IMG/VR virus record: IMGVR_UViG_3300022921_000002
Location: 157,448-221,447 of that record
Reading direction: 5' to 3' (one strand)
DNA length: 64,000 bases
Shown here: one piece after another, positions 55,919 to 64,000 of the stretch
How the letters are laid out: every line of letters starts with the position of its first letter
How positions within the stretch are numbered: the first letter of the stretch is position 1
Position numbers and translations under genes: made by a program
Notes under the pieces: model-generated
Told to the model about the DNA's origin: nothing
What the model saw: only the letters and a program-made list of their open reading frames with translations
Databases searched by the model: none

Positions 55919-57778
55919 TTAAGTTAGCTGACCAACAATTTCGTCAAACTCAATACCTGTTCTTGTTGCGATAAATGTCAATTCAATAACATTAATAGAA
56001 CGAGCAGGCTTGATAAAGATGCTTGCACGGAATTTGTTTTGATCTACAATTTCAGGAGTGTTCACAGTAGAGTCAGAAATTACTCTATAGTCAATAATAC
56101 CACGTCTTCCTTGAATGTCACGTAGGAACGGATCAACAATATTTTTAAATTGTGTTTGAGTAAACTCGTCGTTTAGCTCGAATAAGAACCCTTCCGCCGC
56201 GGTAGCAATTGCTTTCTCAACTGCAATAAACAGCCTACGAACATTGATGCGGTCAAATGCCGATGCGAATGTCTGAGATGTTTTATCACCGAACAACAAT
56301 ACTCCTTGTCCGATTTGAGACATTACTGGGTTAATTCCTTGACTATATAGCTGATCTCGTTGTGCTTTACTTGGATTAAATGCAAGCTTAACAACATTCT
56401 TAATCAAACCTTTTCTAAATCCTGCAGGTGATTCCCATACTTCAACTCTTGATGCAAGACCTGCCATGTCACCGTTTAATGGTACCCAGCGATATTGGTC
56501 GTTATATTTATCATAGCGATACTTATATCCGCTATCCATAAACATATATGAGTTCAATGGGCTAATTTTATTTTTGTGTGCAATAATTTTAGTCATTTTG
56601 GCATTTGGTTTATTTTCATCAACTGCGGCTAGTTTTGATGGTGAAACATACATTACGCAATCTTTACGTACGTCAACAATATTTGACATAATGTAGCTTG
56701 CGTGTGTACCAGCATCATCACTTTTACCAACAAGGATACTTGAAATATCAATTTCGTTTGTATTTACGAATTTGTCATATGCGCCGCCAATTGCTGCAAG
56801 TGTTGTATTTGCTTCATCAGTTGCATTTGATCCACCGTTCATTGTTTCGTAAACAGTAATGTTTGTATTAGCGGTTCCGATAGTTGCGGTATTTGCAACA
56901 TTAATCCAAGATGAATTGTTTTCAATTACAGTATCGTAATATTTTAATGTACCGTCTGCTCTTGTTGCGCCTACTGTAGTTGATAAGTTTTCAAATGTTT
57001 CCAGGATAGTATTTGCTTTTCCTGAAATATTTCCTGAATTATCAATAACTGCAACGTGAATATGAAACGCGTCGGGTGCACCATTGAACAAGCTATTATA
57101 TGCCCACTTAGTTTCCATTGAGATGGTAGGTAGTGCGGTTGCAGCCAATGTGTATGCATTACCAAACCCCATGGTATACGCATAACCTGTTACTGTATTT
57201 GCTTCGATAATTTCTGATTCTGCAACGGAAGCAACACTAAGGTTTTGATAACCTACGCTATCGTTACCTACGGTAAGTATATCACCCGCAGTTACAGTTG
57301 TAATTCTGTCAGCAGGTACAACTTCAAAAATAACGCTTGTGGCGCCAAACTCAATAGTTTGCTGAACTGCTGGGTTTGAAATTTTATTTGTTGGAATATC
57401 GCCTGCAACAATTTCAACATTACCAAATCCTTCTGAGGAACAATAAGCAACACTCAATGAGTCGCCTAGAACACCCGGATATTTTGCTGTGAAATTTGTG
57501 TTTGCAGCGGTGTTTGAACTGTCGTCGGCACGTACTACCCACAATGCATTTGAATATGCAAGGAAGTCAGCAGCAGTAAACCATGTTTCGTAGTTTTCAT
57601 CACCTGGTTTACCAAAACGGTCTGCCAATTGCGTTTCTGCTGAGATTAAGATCGGCTCGTTAATTGGACCCCAATTAAAAATGCCAGCTATCGCAGCAGG
57701 TGGTGTACTGATGGCCGGGACAACCGCCGATGCGTCGATTTCTCGAACGATGACCGAAGGACTTACGGAAAAAGCCAT
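55919..57778 (-). CDS. Tail sheath protein (gp18-like)
   Basis: SPSVIVREID, DSGYKYRYDKYND, SPAG, FDRINVRRLF, IKPARSIN. Confidence 0.96.
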   Translation of the reverse strand: MAFSVSPSVIVREIDASAVVPAISTPPAAIAGIFNWGPINEPILISAETQLADRFGKPGDENYETWFTAADFLAYSNALWVVRADDSSNTAANTNFTAKYPGVLGDSLSVAYCSSEGFGNVEIVAGDIPTNKISNPAVQQTIEFGATSVIFEVVPADRITTVTAGDILTVGNDSVGYQNLSVASVAESEIIEANTVTGYAYTMGFGNAYTLAATALPTISMETKWAYNSLFNGAPDAFHIHVAVIDNSGNISGKANTILETFENLSTTVGATRADGTLKYYDTVIENNSSWINVANTATIGTANTNITVYETMNGGSNATDEANTTLAAIGGAYDKFVNTNEIDISSILVGKSDDAGTHASYIMSNIVDVRKDCVMYVSPSKLAAVDENKPNAKMTKIIAHKNKISPLNSYMFMDSGYKYRYDKYNDQYRWVPLNGDMAGLASRVEVWESPAGFRKGLIKNVVKLAFNPSKAQRDQLYSQGINPVMSQIGQGVLLFGDKTSQTFASAFDRINVRRLFIAVEKAIATAAEGFLFELNDEFTQTQFKNIVDPFLRDIQGRRGIIDYRVISDSTVNTPEIVDQNKFRASIFIKPARSINVIELTFIATRTGIEFDEIVGQLT

Positions 57779-57847
57779 ATTTTTCTCCTTTATGTATTAG
57801 AAACTTGTTTTTGTTTTATCACTGTTTCTATTTATAAATGTTCCGAT

Positions 57848-59443
57848 TTACAGCACCAACCCATTATCATCGTCAGCCCAATCTCCGCCTGTATCAATAA
57901 ACCCAAATGGAAGCATTTCCTCATCTATTTGTTCTTCGGTTTTTTCTCTAAGCTTTGCTAACGTGTGTATATCAGATAATTCTCTAAAATAGTCTTGGCT
58001 AGTAAACCAAGCAAATATTACCAAGTTCATTACCAGGTCATCGTGTGCACCTGGCTCTGCCTCATATGAATTTCCTTTCCGTGAAAACCGAGACAGTTCT
58101 TGTATTGTGTCATAATCCCGTAGTAATACTTGATCTTGCTCTACTAAAAGTTTTAGCATTTGGCAACCAGTACCCTTTACGAGTTTTGTTGTTCTTATTC
58201 CATTGTCTAATCTTTTACCACCAAATCCTGACGAGACACGTTTACCTTTGGCGCCTGCGTTTTCGGTGTATAATAAGTTTTCATAACCCAGATCCATTAA
58301 AAGAACATCACTCACTTGTTCTCCAATGTCATTAATTTCTATTAAAACGCTTGCTTCATTATAAAGATTACCTATTCTATATATAATAGATGCAAAATCT
58401 ACAGGTGTAACAAAGTTATCTCTATACACGCAAACCTGCTCATACGGCATAGTTGTAGCATCAAGTACTGTAAATGTTGAGTAATCTAATCCTTTACCTC
58501 GAGATACGTCAACTGTCATTACATATGAGTGTTCAGCAATTGGTTTTGCATATTGAGAAATACCTTCAGCCTGATGTAAAGGTTGGTCATATGCTAAGGT
58601 TTTAAGTTTTGCACCACTAATAAGTGTACCTGAACTGCCTAGAAACTGGCAACAGTATTCTTGGTTGAACTTTTCTTCATCATAATCAAGTGCCTCGAGT
58701 GTTTCCTGTTTCCATTTCTCATCACGTCCTGGAACATCATCCCACATAACTTCAGTATACTCATAACCGTTTGTACCTTCTTTTGCACCTTTACAAGTTT
58801 TCCAAAAATGGTTTAACCCATTAGGTGTAGAAGTCATCAGAAGTTTTGTTGACTCGCCAGACGAAATAGTAGGATAAACAGATGCGAAAAATTCGTCGTA
58901 TCCTTCAATAAATGCAACCTCATCAAGGTATAGAAAATTAACAGACTTACCACGAATTGCGCTCGAAGACGTAGTACCTGCCACCACTTGGCAACCATTT
59001 TCAAGTGCAATGTTTCCTTTGTTCCATTCTTCAATTCCTTGTTGAAGCCATTTAGGTAATGCTTCATATGCTAACTTGACTCGAGCCATAACTTCCCTTG
59101 AAGCATCACCTTTGTTTGCCAAAATAGCAACTGTTTTAAATTCATTAAACAAAATATAGTGTAAAATGATAGCAACCGCAGTTGTTGTTTTACCTGACTG
59201 ACGCGCTGTTAATACCGCGACGCGGCGATTATTTGTAATCTTTTCAACAATTTCTTCTTGATAGTTATACATATCAAACGGTACAAGACCACGGTCAACA
59301 TGGACGATTTTAATATATTCCTTTGCGAAATAAATTGGATCATCCGCACATTTGGTGTACTCCTGAATAAGTTCGGCATTCCATTCAATACCTTCACCAA
59401 CACGTTTAAGATGTGAGTTACCTAAGTACCCTTTATCCATCAT
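57848..59443 (-). CDS. Terminase large subunit (gp17-like)
   Basis: ARQSGKTT, YLDEVAF, STPNGLNHF, DVSRGKGLDYS, HDDLVM; start taken at ATG 59443 (ORF track starts 59452). Confidence 0.97.
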   Translation of the reverse strand: MMDKGYLGNSHLKRVGEGIEWNAELIQEYTKCADDPIYFAKEYIKIVHVDRGLVPFDMYNYQEEIVEKITNNRRVAVLTARQSGKTTTAVAIILHYILFNEFKTVAILANKGDASREVMARVKLAYEALPKWLQQGIEEWNKGNIALENGCQVVAGTTSSSAIRGKSVNFLYLDEVAFIEGYDEFFASVYPTISSGESTKLLMTSTPNGLNHFWKTCKGAKEGTNGYEYTEVMWDDVPGRDEKWKQETLEALDYDEEKFNQEYCCQFLGSSGTLISGAKLKTLAYDQPLHQAEGISQYAKPIAEHSYVMTVDVSRGKGLDYSTFTVLDATTMPYEQVCVYRDNFVTPVDFASIIYRIGNLYNEASVLIEINDIGEQVSDVLLMDLGYENLLYTENAGAKGKRVSSGFGGKRLDNGIRTTKLVKGTGCQMLKLLVEQDQVLLRDYDTIQELSRFSRKGNSYEAEPGAHDDLVMNLVIFAWFTSQDYFRELSDIHTLAKLREKTEEQIDEEMLPFGFIDTGGDWADDDNGLVL

Positions 59444-59873
59444 CTTTGTCACCTTTAAGCATTTTCAATAAATCAGCGGTGGACAAAATTAAATTATTAT
59501 TAGTTACGTTTTGCTGGTCAGGTTTACCGCCATTCTTTTCTTCTTGTGCGTATTTCTTTTTAGTGGAAATATCAACATAATCTTTATTGGCATCAAGCAA
59601 GGTTTTCATTAATGTTGAAACAACCTCAAATGCCCGTGGTGACTCAGATTGCTTTGCAATTTCAACCATTTCTTTAACAGCATCATCACCCATTTCAATT
59701 ATGTTCTTGACATTCTTTCTTGCCAATTCCATATCAGAAACATTCTCATCATCAGATGCAATAGCAGGAACCGATGGTTCTTCAATTGGTGCTGGGACAA
59801 TTTCATTAACTTCATCTTGTATTTCACTCAAAGGTCGAATACCTAATGCCTTTGAAATATGGTCATCATTCAT
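59433..59873 (-). CDS. Terminase small subunit (gp16-like)
   Basis: SESPRAFEV, NNNLILSTADL; synteny. Confidence 0.9.
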   Translation of the reverse strand: MNDDHISKALGIRPLSEIQDEVNEIVPAPIEEPSVPAIASDDENVSDMELARKNVKNIIEMGDDAVKEMVEIAKQSESPRAFEVVSTLMKTLLDANKDYVDISTKKKYAQEEKNGGKPDQQNVTNNNLILSTADLLKMLKGDKDDG

Positions 59874-60688
59874 TATGTATCTTCCTCATCTATAATTGTT
59901 ATGATTCCCCAATCATCTTCAAAGTCAATTTCGGTATATGGAACCGTTTGGGCAATATCCGTTGTTGCAACATTAGCAGCGGTCATACCTGGCTGAAGTG
60001 TTACTTTTTCCAATAAAGGACTTGTTATATCAGAGTCCGGGGCAAACTTTGCATCAATAAATTTAATAACTTTCTTAGTTCTTTCAGGGCCGTAATACCA
60101 ACCTTTAAGTGTAAAACTCAATGTATATAGAATAGCACGCCGTTCGGTATATTCACCTTCATATAAATCTTCTGTTATAACACTCTGTAAAACAACAGGA
60201 ACATCAATAGGTGGCAAATCAGGAATTAGCCTAGCACTTACAGTCCAATCAGGTTGAAAGAATGGTAGAATTTGTTCTAATATTTTTGTTGCGTCTTCTT
60301 GATACTTTGTCATAATATATAATGAAAAGTCAAGGTTATAAGGTGCACCGCTATAAACATAACTTTTTGAGTCGTTAGTATCACCTACTGCTTTTGATTT
60401 CATAACTCGTTGGGTTGTACCAATTTTGCGCTCACCGTCATAAGACATACTTGTCATTTCAAATGACATTCGTGGTAATGTGATTGCTGACCTGCGGTTT
60501 AAACCAGGATCTTGTTCAACTCTTGATAATATTTTTTGCATTGGTGCATATGAAATAGGAACAATCATAGATTGCTTCGTTACACCTGCGTTGTCGCTTC
60601 TTTCAATTGTTAACTGATTAAACAAGGTACCAAATATTGCTACATATTTTCTTGTAAGACCGTTGTAAAAATGATTTGCTATTGCCAT
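59873..60688 (-). CDS. Tail sheath stabiliser / completion protein (gp15-like)
   Basis: FGTLFN, VPISYAP, LPRMSFE, EQILPFFQP. Confidence 0.92.
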   Translation of the reverse strand: MAIANHFYNGLTRKYVAIFGTLFNQLTIERSDNAGVTKQSMIVPISYAPMQKILSRVEQDPGLNRRSAITLPRMSFEMTSMSYDGERKIGTTQRVMKSKAVGDTNDSKSYVYSGAPYNLDFSLYIMTKYQEDATKILEQILPFFQPDWTVSARLIPDLPPIDVPVVLQSVITEDLYEGEYTERRAILYTLSFTLKGWYYGPERTKKVIKFIDAKFAPDSDITSPLLEKVTLQPGMTAANVATTDIAQTVPYTEIDFEDDWGIITIIDEEDT

Positions 60689-60689
60689 G

Positions 60690-61361
60690 TTAATCGCCTA
60701 TGCTTATGTTTTCACTAAACGGATCAATCTCTGAGAAGTCAAGGATACCGTCACCTTCAGTTTCAAAGAATGTATTCTGTGCAATTGGATCGGTGTTTGC
60801 CAATGCCGTAAGTGTTGTTGGTGTAGTAGGATCAATAGCATCAAAGAACGTATCAATGTTTTCAACACCTGTCTCAAATCTTTCACCGCTGTATTCCATC
60901 AATTCGCATCTAAGGTCATATACCTGTAACGCACCGGTTTGATAAAATACACTTTCGTGCTCGACGTGCATAATTTTGAATATCTTTTCATTCAATGGGA
61001 AGTAAATACAGTCACCTTCAAGCGGCCTTGTCTTTACTGGGTTTTCACGAGTTGCAAATCTTTCAAATGTTCGGAATGCTACTGTGAATGTAATTGAGTC
61101 TCTGATCTGTAAACCAAATCTTGACAGGAAGTCACCTTCACCTTCAAATCCATCTACGTTTTTAACATACATTTCCATCTGATAGGTTTCGTTAAAGATT
61201 GACAAATCATCTTCGTTGAGTATTTCATCTTTTGCTTGAAATGCCCTTGAGATATAGATAGTGTCAAGACCGTAGATTTGAATTGATTCAATAACTAGGT
61301 CATCTACGAGATTTTGCTCATATGTGTTATCGTAATTTTGAAAATAAAGATTTGTCGCCAT
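60690..61361 (-). CDS. Neck protein (gp14-like)
   Basis: EQNLVDDLVIESIQIYG, FLSRFG, RPLEGDCIYFP. Confidence 0.92.
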   Translation of the reverse strand: MATNLYFQNYDNTYEQNLVDDLVIESIQIYGLDTIYISRAFQAKDEILNEDDLSIFNETYQMEMYVKNVDGFEGEGDFLSRFGLQIRDSITFTVAFRTFERFATRENPVKTRPLEGDCIYFPLNEKIFKIMHVEHESVFYQTGALQVYDLRCELMEYSGERFETGVENIDTFFDAIDPTTPTTLTALANTDPIAQNTFFETEGDGILDFSEIDPFSENISIGD

Positions 61362-61363
61362 GG

Positions 61364-62107
61364 TTACCCAATGAAGTTATAAGTAAGTGGTTGAAGACTT
61401 TGTATAGCATCCTCTTCCATTCTTAACTTATCTTCTCTCGCCTCCGCTAAAATTTGCTCACCGTTAAAAGACACACCGCCAACAAGCTGCATATTATTAA
61501 ACTTGGTGAGGTTTAAACCCCATTGTTCTCTTACTAAAACTGCAGCATAATTTTGCAGCCAACGGTCCGACCAAACATCTTCATAAAAATCTTCATCTAC
61601 AATGTCATATGCTTCAACGATAATATATGTACCTACAACCCATCTCGATGGATCATTATCAATATAAAGTTTATTAACGTGTTTGTTATAGCGGATGAGA
61701 GGTTTACCGACAAGGATCTCTTGCATAAATTCAATATGCTGCATAGTCATAAAATAATTCTGTACAGAGTAACTTGTTAGTTCGGTGATATTATTTAAAA
61801 CGAATTGATATTGGACATTAAACATACCAGACCCAGTGGCAATACTTGTATCAAAATCAAATACTTTTGAAATACCGAGTAATTTTTGCGGCAATTGAAT
61901 ATAACCGTTATCTTTATCAGCTTGTGTAATTTGATGTTTTAGATATATAAGTTGACTGCCGTTGTAATGGTAATCTCTCCAAAATGAAATTGCTTCATCA
62001 ACGCGGTCATCTACTTGTTCGTCCGACACGTTAATCTGAATAACTGGCGCGCCAATCTTTCTTAAAATATGTTCTTTAAATTCATCTCTTGTTGTTGGCT
62101 GTGCCAT
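61364..62107 (-). CDS. Neck protein (gp13-like)
   Basis: ILRKIGAPVIQINV, QWGLNLTKF, GGVSFNG. Confidence 0.92.
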   Translation of the reverse strand: MAQPTTRDEFKEHILRKIGAPVIQINVSDEQVDDRVDEAISFWRDYHYNGSQLIYLKHQITQADKDNGYIQLPQKLLGISKVFDFDTSIATGSGMFNVQYQFVLNNITELTSYSVQNYFMTMQHIEFMQEILVGKPLIRYNKHVNKLYIDNDPSRWVVGTYIIVEAYDIVDEDFYEDVWSDRWLQNYAAVLVREQWGLNLTKFNNMQLVGGVSFNGEQILAEAREDKLRMEEDAIQSLQPLTYNFIG

Positions 62108-62117
62108 GGTTGTCCCC

Positions 62118-62450
62118 TTATGCCAGCTCTGATCTTACAATGATCTTAATGTAGCCAGTGTTTGGAAATGTTTCTGATGTTCCGTTTGTATAATCAATTT
62201 GGAATTCTGCCGAGTGAATACCTGTGTTTGCAGTATCACCTGGTTGCCAATCATATTTGACTATTCCTTTTGATGCATTAACAACTGCACCGGTTCCGTC
62301 TGTGACAATAGATGTTCCACCTTCGGAAGTCATATGAAATTTTATAGCAGATGCATTTGTCATGGATCGTGCTCTTCCAGTTGCGTCGGTTAAAACGGCC
62401 TCAATAGAAGGAGCTGTATCGTTTTGTTTAATGTAAAAACTAGCCGCCAT
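62118..62450 (-). CDS. Virion structural protein (BppU N-terminal-like)
   Basis: FYIKQNDTAP...YDWQPGDT...AEFQI...ETFPN. Confidence 0.6.
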   Translation of the reverse strand: MAASFYIKQNDTAPSIEAVLTDATGRARSMTNASAIKFHMTSEGGTSIVTDGTGAVVNASKGIVKYDWQPGDTANTGIHSAEFQIDYTNGTSETFPNTGYIKIIVRSELA

Positions 62451-62492
62451 TGTACTTTCTCCAAGTCTTTTGTTTTTATTTATTCAATGTCT

Positions 62493-63290
62493 TTAGTAGC
62501 TTTTTACTAAACGACCTTGTGATGGTCTTACGAGTGTTTCGTTTCTATAATCACGGCTGATAATTTTAACTCCTGTTCTTAAATCAATATAGTTATTATC
62601 ATCAATTCTTACACCGTTTTCACCGCTTTTTGTTGTTCGTAATCCATTCAAACTATTTAATATGTTTAACTCATTCTGTCCATCATTTCCATTACGAAAT
62701 GCAAGACCATTTAATCCTGTCCTGCTATATTCTCTTGTTGAATCATTGATTGCAACTGATGAGAGTAAAAATGGTACAACAGTATCACCTTCAAATTCTG
62801 ATACTTGCGCCATTCTTGATGAAAGGCCAATTTCAAATACCTTATCAAAAATACCTTTGACGGGTACTTCACCTGTGCCTGTTGTAGTAAATGATGTTTT
62901 AGGTTTACCCCGGGCCGATACTAATACACCTGTTTGGAAATCCGTTATGAAATCAAGTGTAGTGTTTACAGTACCACGGTTTGGTACATCAACTTCAGTA
63001 TCTGTTGTAAATGTAACTGTCTGGTCCAATGCACCTTTGATTGGTGCTATTCCTGTTGCATCTAAAATAAATGGTACGAGCACATCACCATCAAAGGCGC
63101 CTGTTGCTACGGAAGATGATGTTGATACCCCAAATGAGATACCGACATCAGCACTACCAACAATTGGATTAAATGCTGTTGATGAAAAGGTAAAAGGTAA
63201 AGTAAATGCTAGATTACCAGATGCTGGTACTCTTACACCGTATGAAACAACGGAAAAATCTAGTGTATTACTTGAGGTCCCTGTTGCCAT
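62493..63290 (-). CDS. Putative virion structural protein, beta-rich
   Basis: Thr/Gly/Phe-rich quasi-repeats; structural operon context. Confidence 0.55.
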   Translation of the reverse strand: MATGTSSNTLDFSVVSYGVRVPASGNLAFTLPFTFSSTAFNPIVGSADVGISFGVSTSSSVATGAFDGDVLVPFILDATGIAPIKGALDQTVTFTTDTEVDVPNRGTVNTTLDFITDFQTGVLVSARGKPKTSFTTTGTGEVPVKGIFDKVFEIGLSSRMAQVSEFEGDTVVPFLLSSVAINDSTREYSRTGLNGLAFRNGNDGQNELNILNSLNGLRTTKSGENGVRIDDNNYIDLRTGVKIISRDYRNETLVRPSQGRLVKSY

Positions 63291-63308
63291 GGAACGTCAC
63301 CTCCAGGC

Positions 63309-63716
63309 TTATGCACCGCCCGCAGTGATTGTGAATGAAGTAATAGAAATTTGCTGTCCAACAGCAATACTTGTGTTATCGAGTTCCATATCACCGCCGC
63401 CTGAGGTTACTGTGATTGATCCTTGCATATGGCATGATGTGCCACCAGAATTGTGTATTCGGAAATAACCTGCAACACCTGTTGAGTCAGCAGATAAATC
63501 TTGCCATGAACCTAATAGGTTTACAACACCACTCGAAGGTGTACCTAAAAAGTCAGAAGGTAATGTCATGGTTGCAAGAACGGTACCTGTGTTTGCTGAA
63601 GCACAATTAGTAGGTGGTGATCCTGTTGAAATTGTGAGTATTGGACTAACGCCTGTTGTTGTTTCTATTGCGGCAAGTGTCGCATTTCTAACGTCGTCGG
63701 ATAATTGAAACGCCAT
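63309..63716 (-). CDS. Putative virion structural protein
   Basis: Late promoter at 63757 and AAGGAG RBS; Ser/Thr/Gly-rich. Confidence 0.55.
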   Translation of the reverse strand: MAFQLSDDVRNATLAAIETTTGVSPILTISTGSPPTNCASANTGTVLATMTLPSDFLGTPSSGVVNLLGSWQDLSADSTGVAGYFRIHNSGGTSCHMQGSITVTSGGGDMELDNTSIAVGQQISITSFTITAGGA

Positions 63717-63765
63717 TTCTTTCTCCTTTTAAATAAGAATTGTACTGTGTTCCAACTATTTATAA

Positions 63766-63999
63766 TTAGTTACGCCTTTCAATATCATCTTCTGATAATG
63801 TATCGCCCATCCATACTTCAATCACCTTTACAGGTGTTTTACCGACGTTTTTAGCCAAATGCCATGTCTTTACAGGAATGTCGATACTGTCACCGGTTGA
63901 GTAAACCTTAGATGTTTTGTATCCATTTGGAAACTCAAGATTCATTTCAAGTTTACCATCAACAATATGCCAGTGTTCTGAGCGAACAAAATGTCTTTG
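63766..63999 (-). CDS. Partial CDS: mannose-6-phosphate isomerase type II cupin C-terminus
   Basis: Manually translated QRHFVRSEHWHIVDG...WH...IEVWMGDTLSEDDIERRN*. Confidence 0.75.
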   Translation of the reverse strand, partial: QRHFVRSEHWHIVDGKLEMNLEFPNGYKTSKVYSTGDSIDIPVKTWHLAKNVGKTPVKVIEVWMGDTLSEDDIERRN

Positions 64000-64000
64000 G

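Noticed and set aside
1-64000. tRNA genes, introns/inteins and stop-codon reassignment
   Set aside because: No tRNA-like sequence noticed in the few gaps; terminase, RNR, primase and capsid genes are uninterrupted and of normal length under the standard code (by eye only; tRNAscan and Infernal not run)

Overview
64 kb of an AT-rich, large T4-like myophage genome. The host is most likely a marine alphaproteobacterium, inferred from a Shemin-pathway ALA synthase, a GapR homologue and GANTC/CtrA-like motifs in the promoters. The plus strand (1-49.3 kb) carries, in order: glycosyltransferases; a cluster of putative head-packaged proteins (1-8.2 kb); a lysis cassette; primase; ThyX; a class Id-type RNR with an ATP-cone on the beta subunit; hemA-ybaN; a sugar-modification island; ligase, RNase H and nucleases; small early genes behind a repeated sigma70-type promoter element; and a phoH-PAAR-tail fibre block. 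The minus strand (49.4-64 kb) is the T4 morphogenesis core (genes 13-23). The main candidate for an undescribed system is a set of virion cargo 'polyproteins': basic modules strung together by acidic [LIV]-x-E linkers that match the prohead-protease cleavage rule. Next to them lies a tandem array of small proteins with T4-type capsid-targeting N-termini, and one polyprotein module has a free-standing paralogue under an early promoter. All calls come from motif recognition by eye; no database searches were run.
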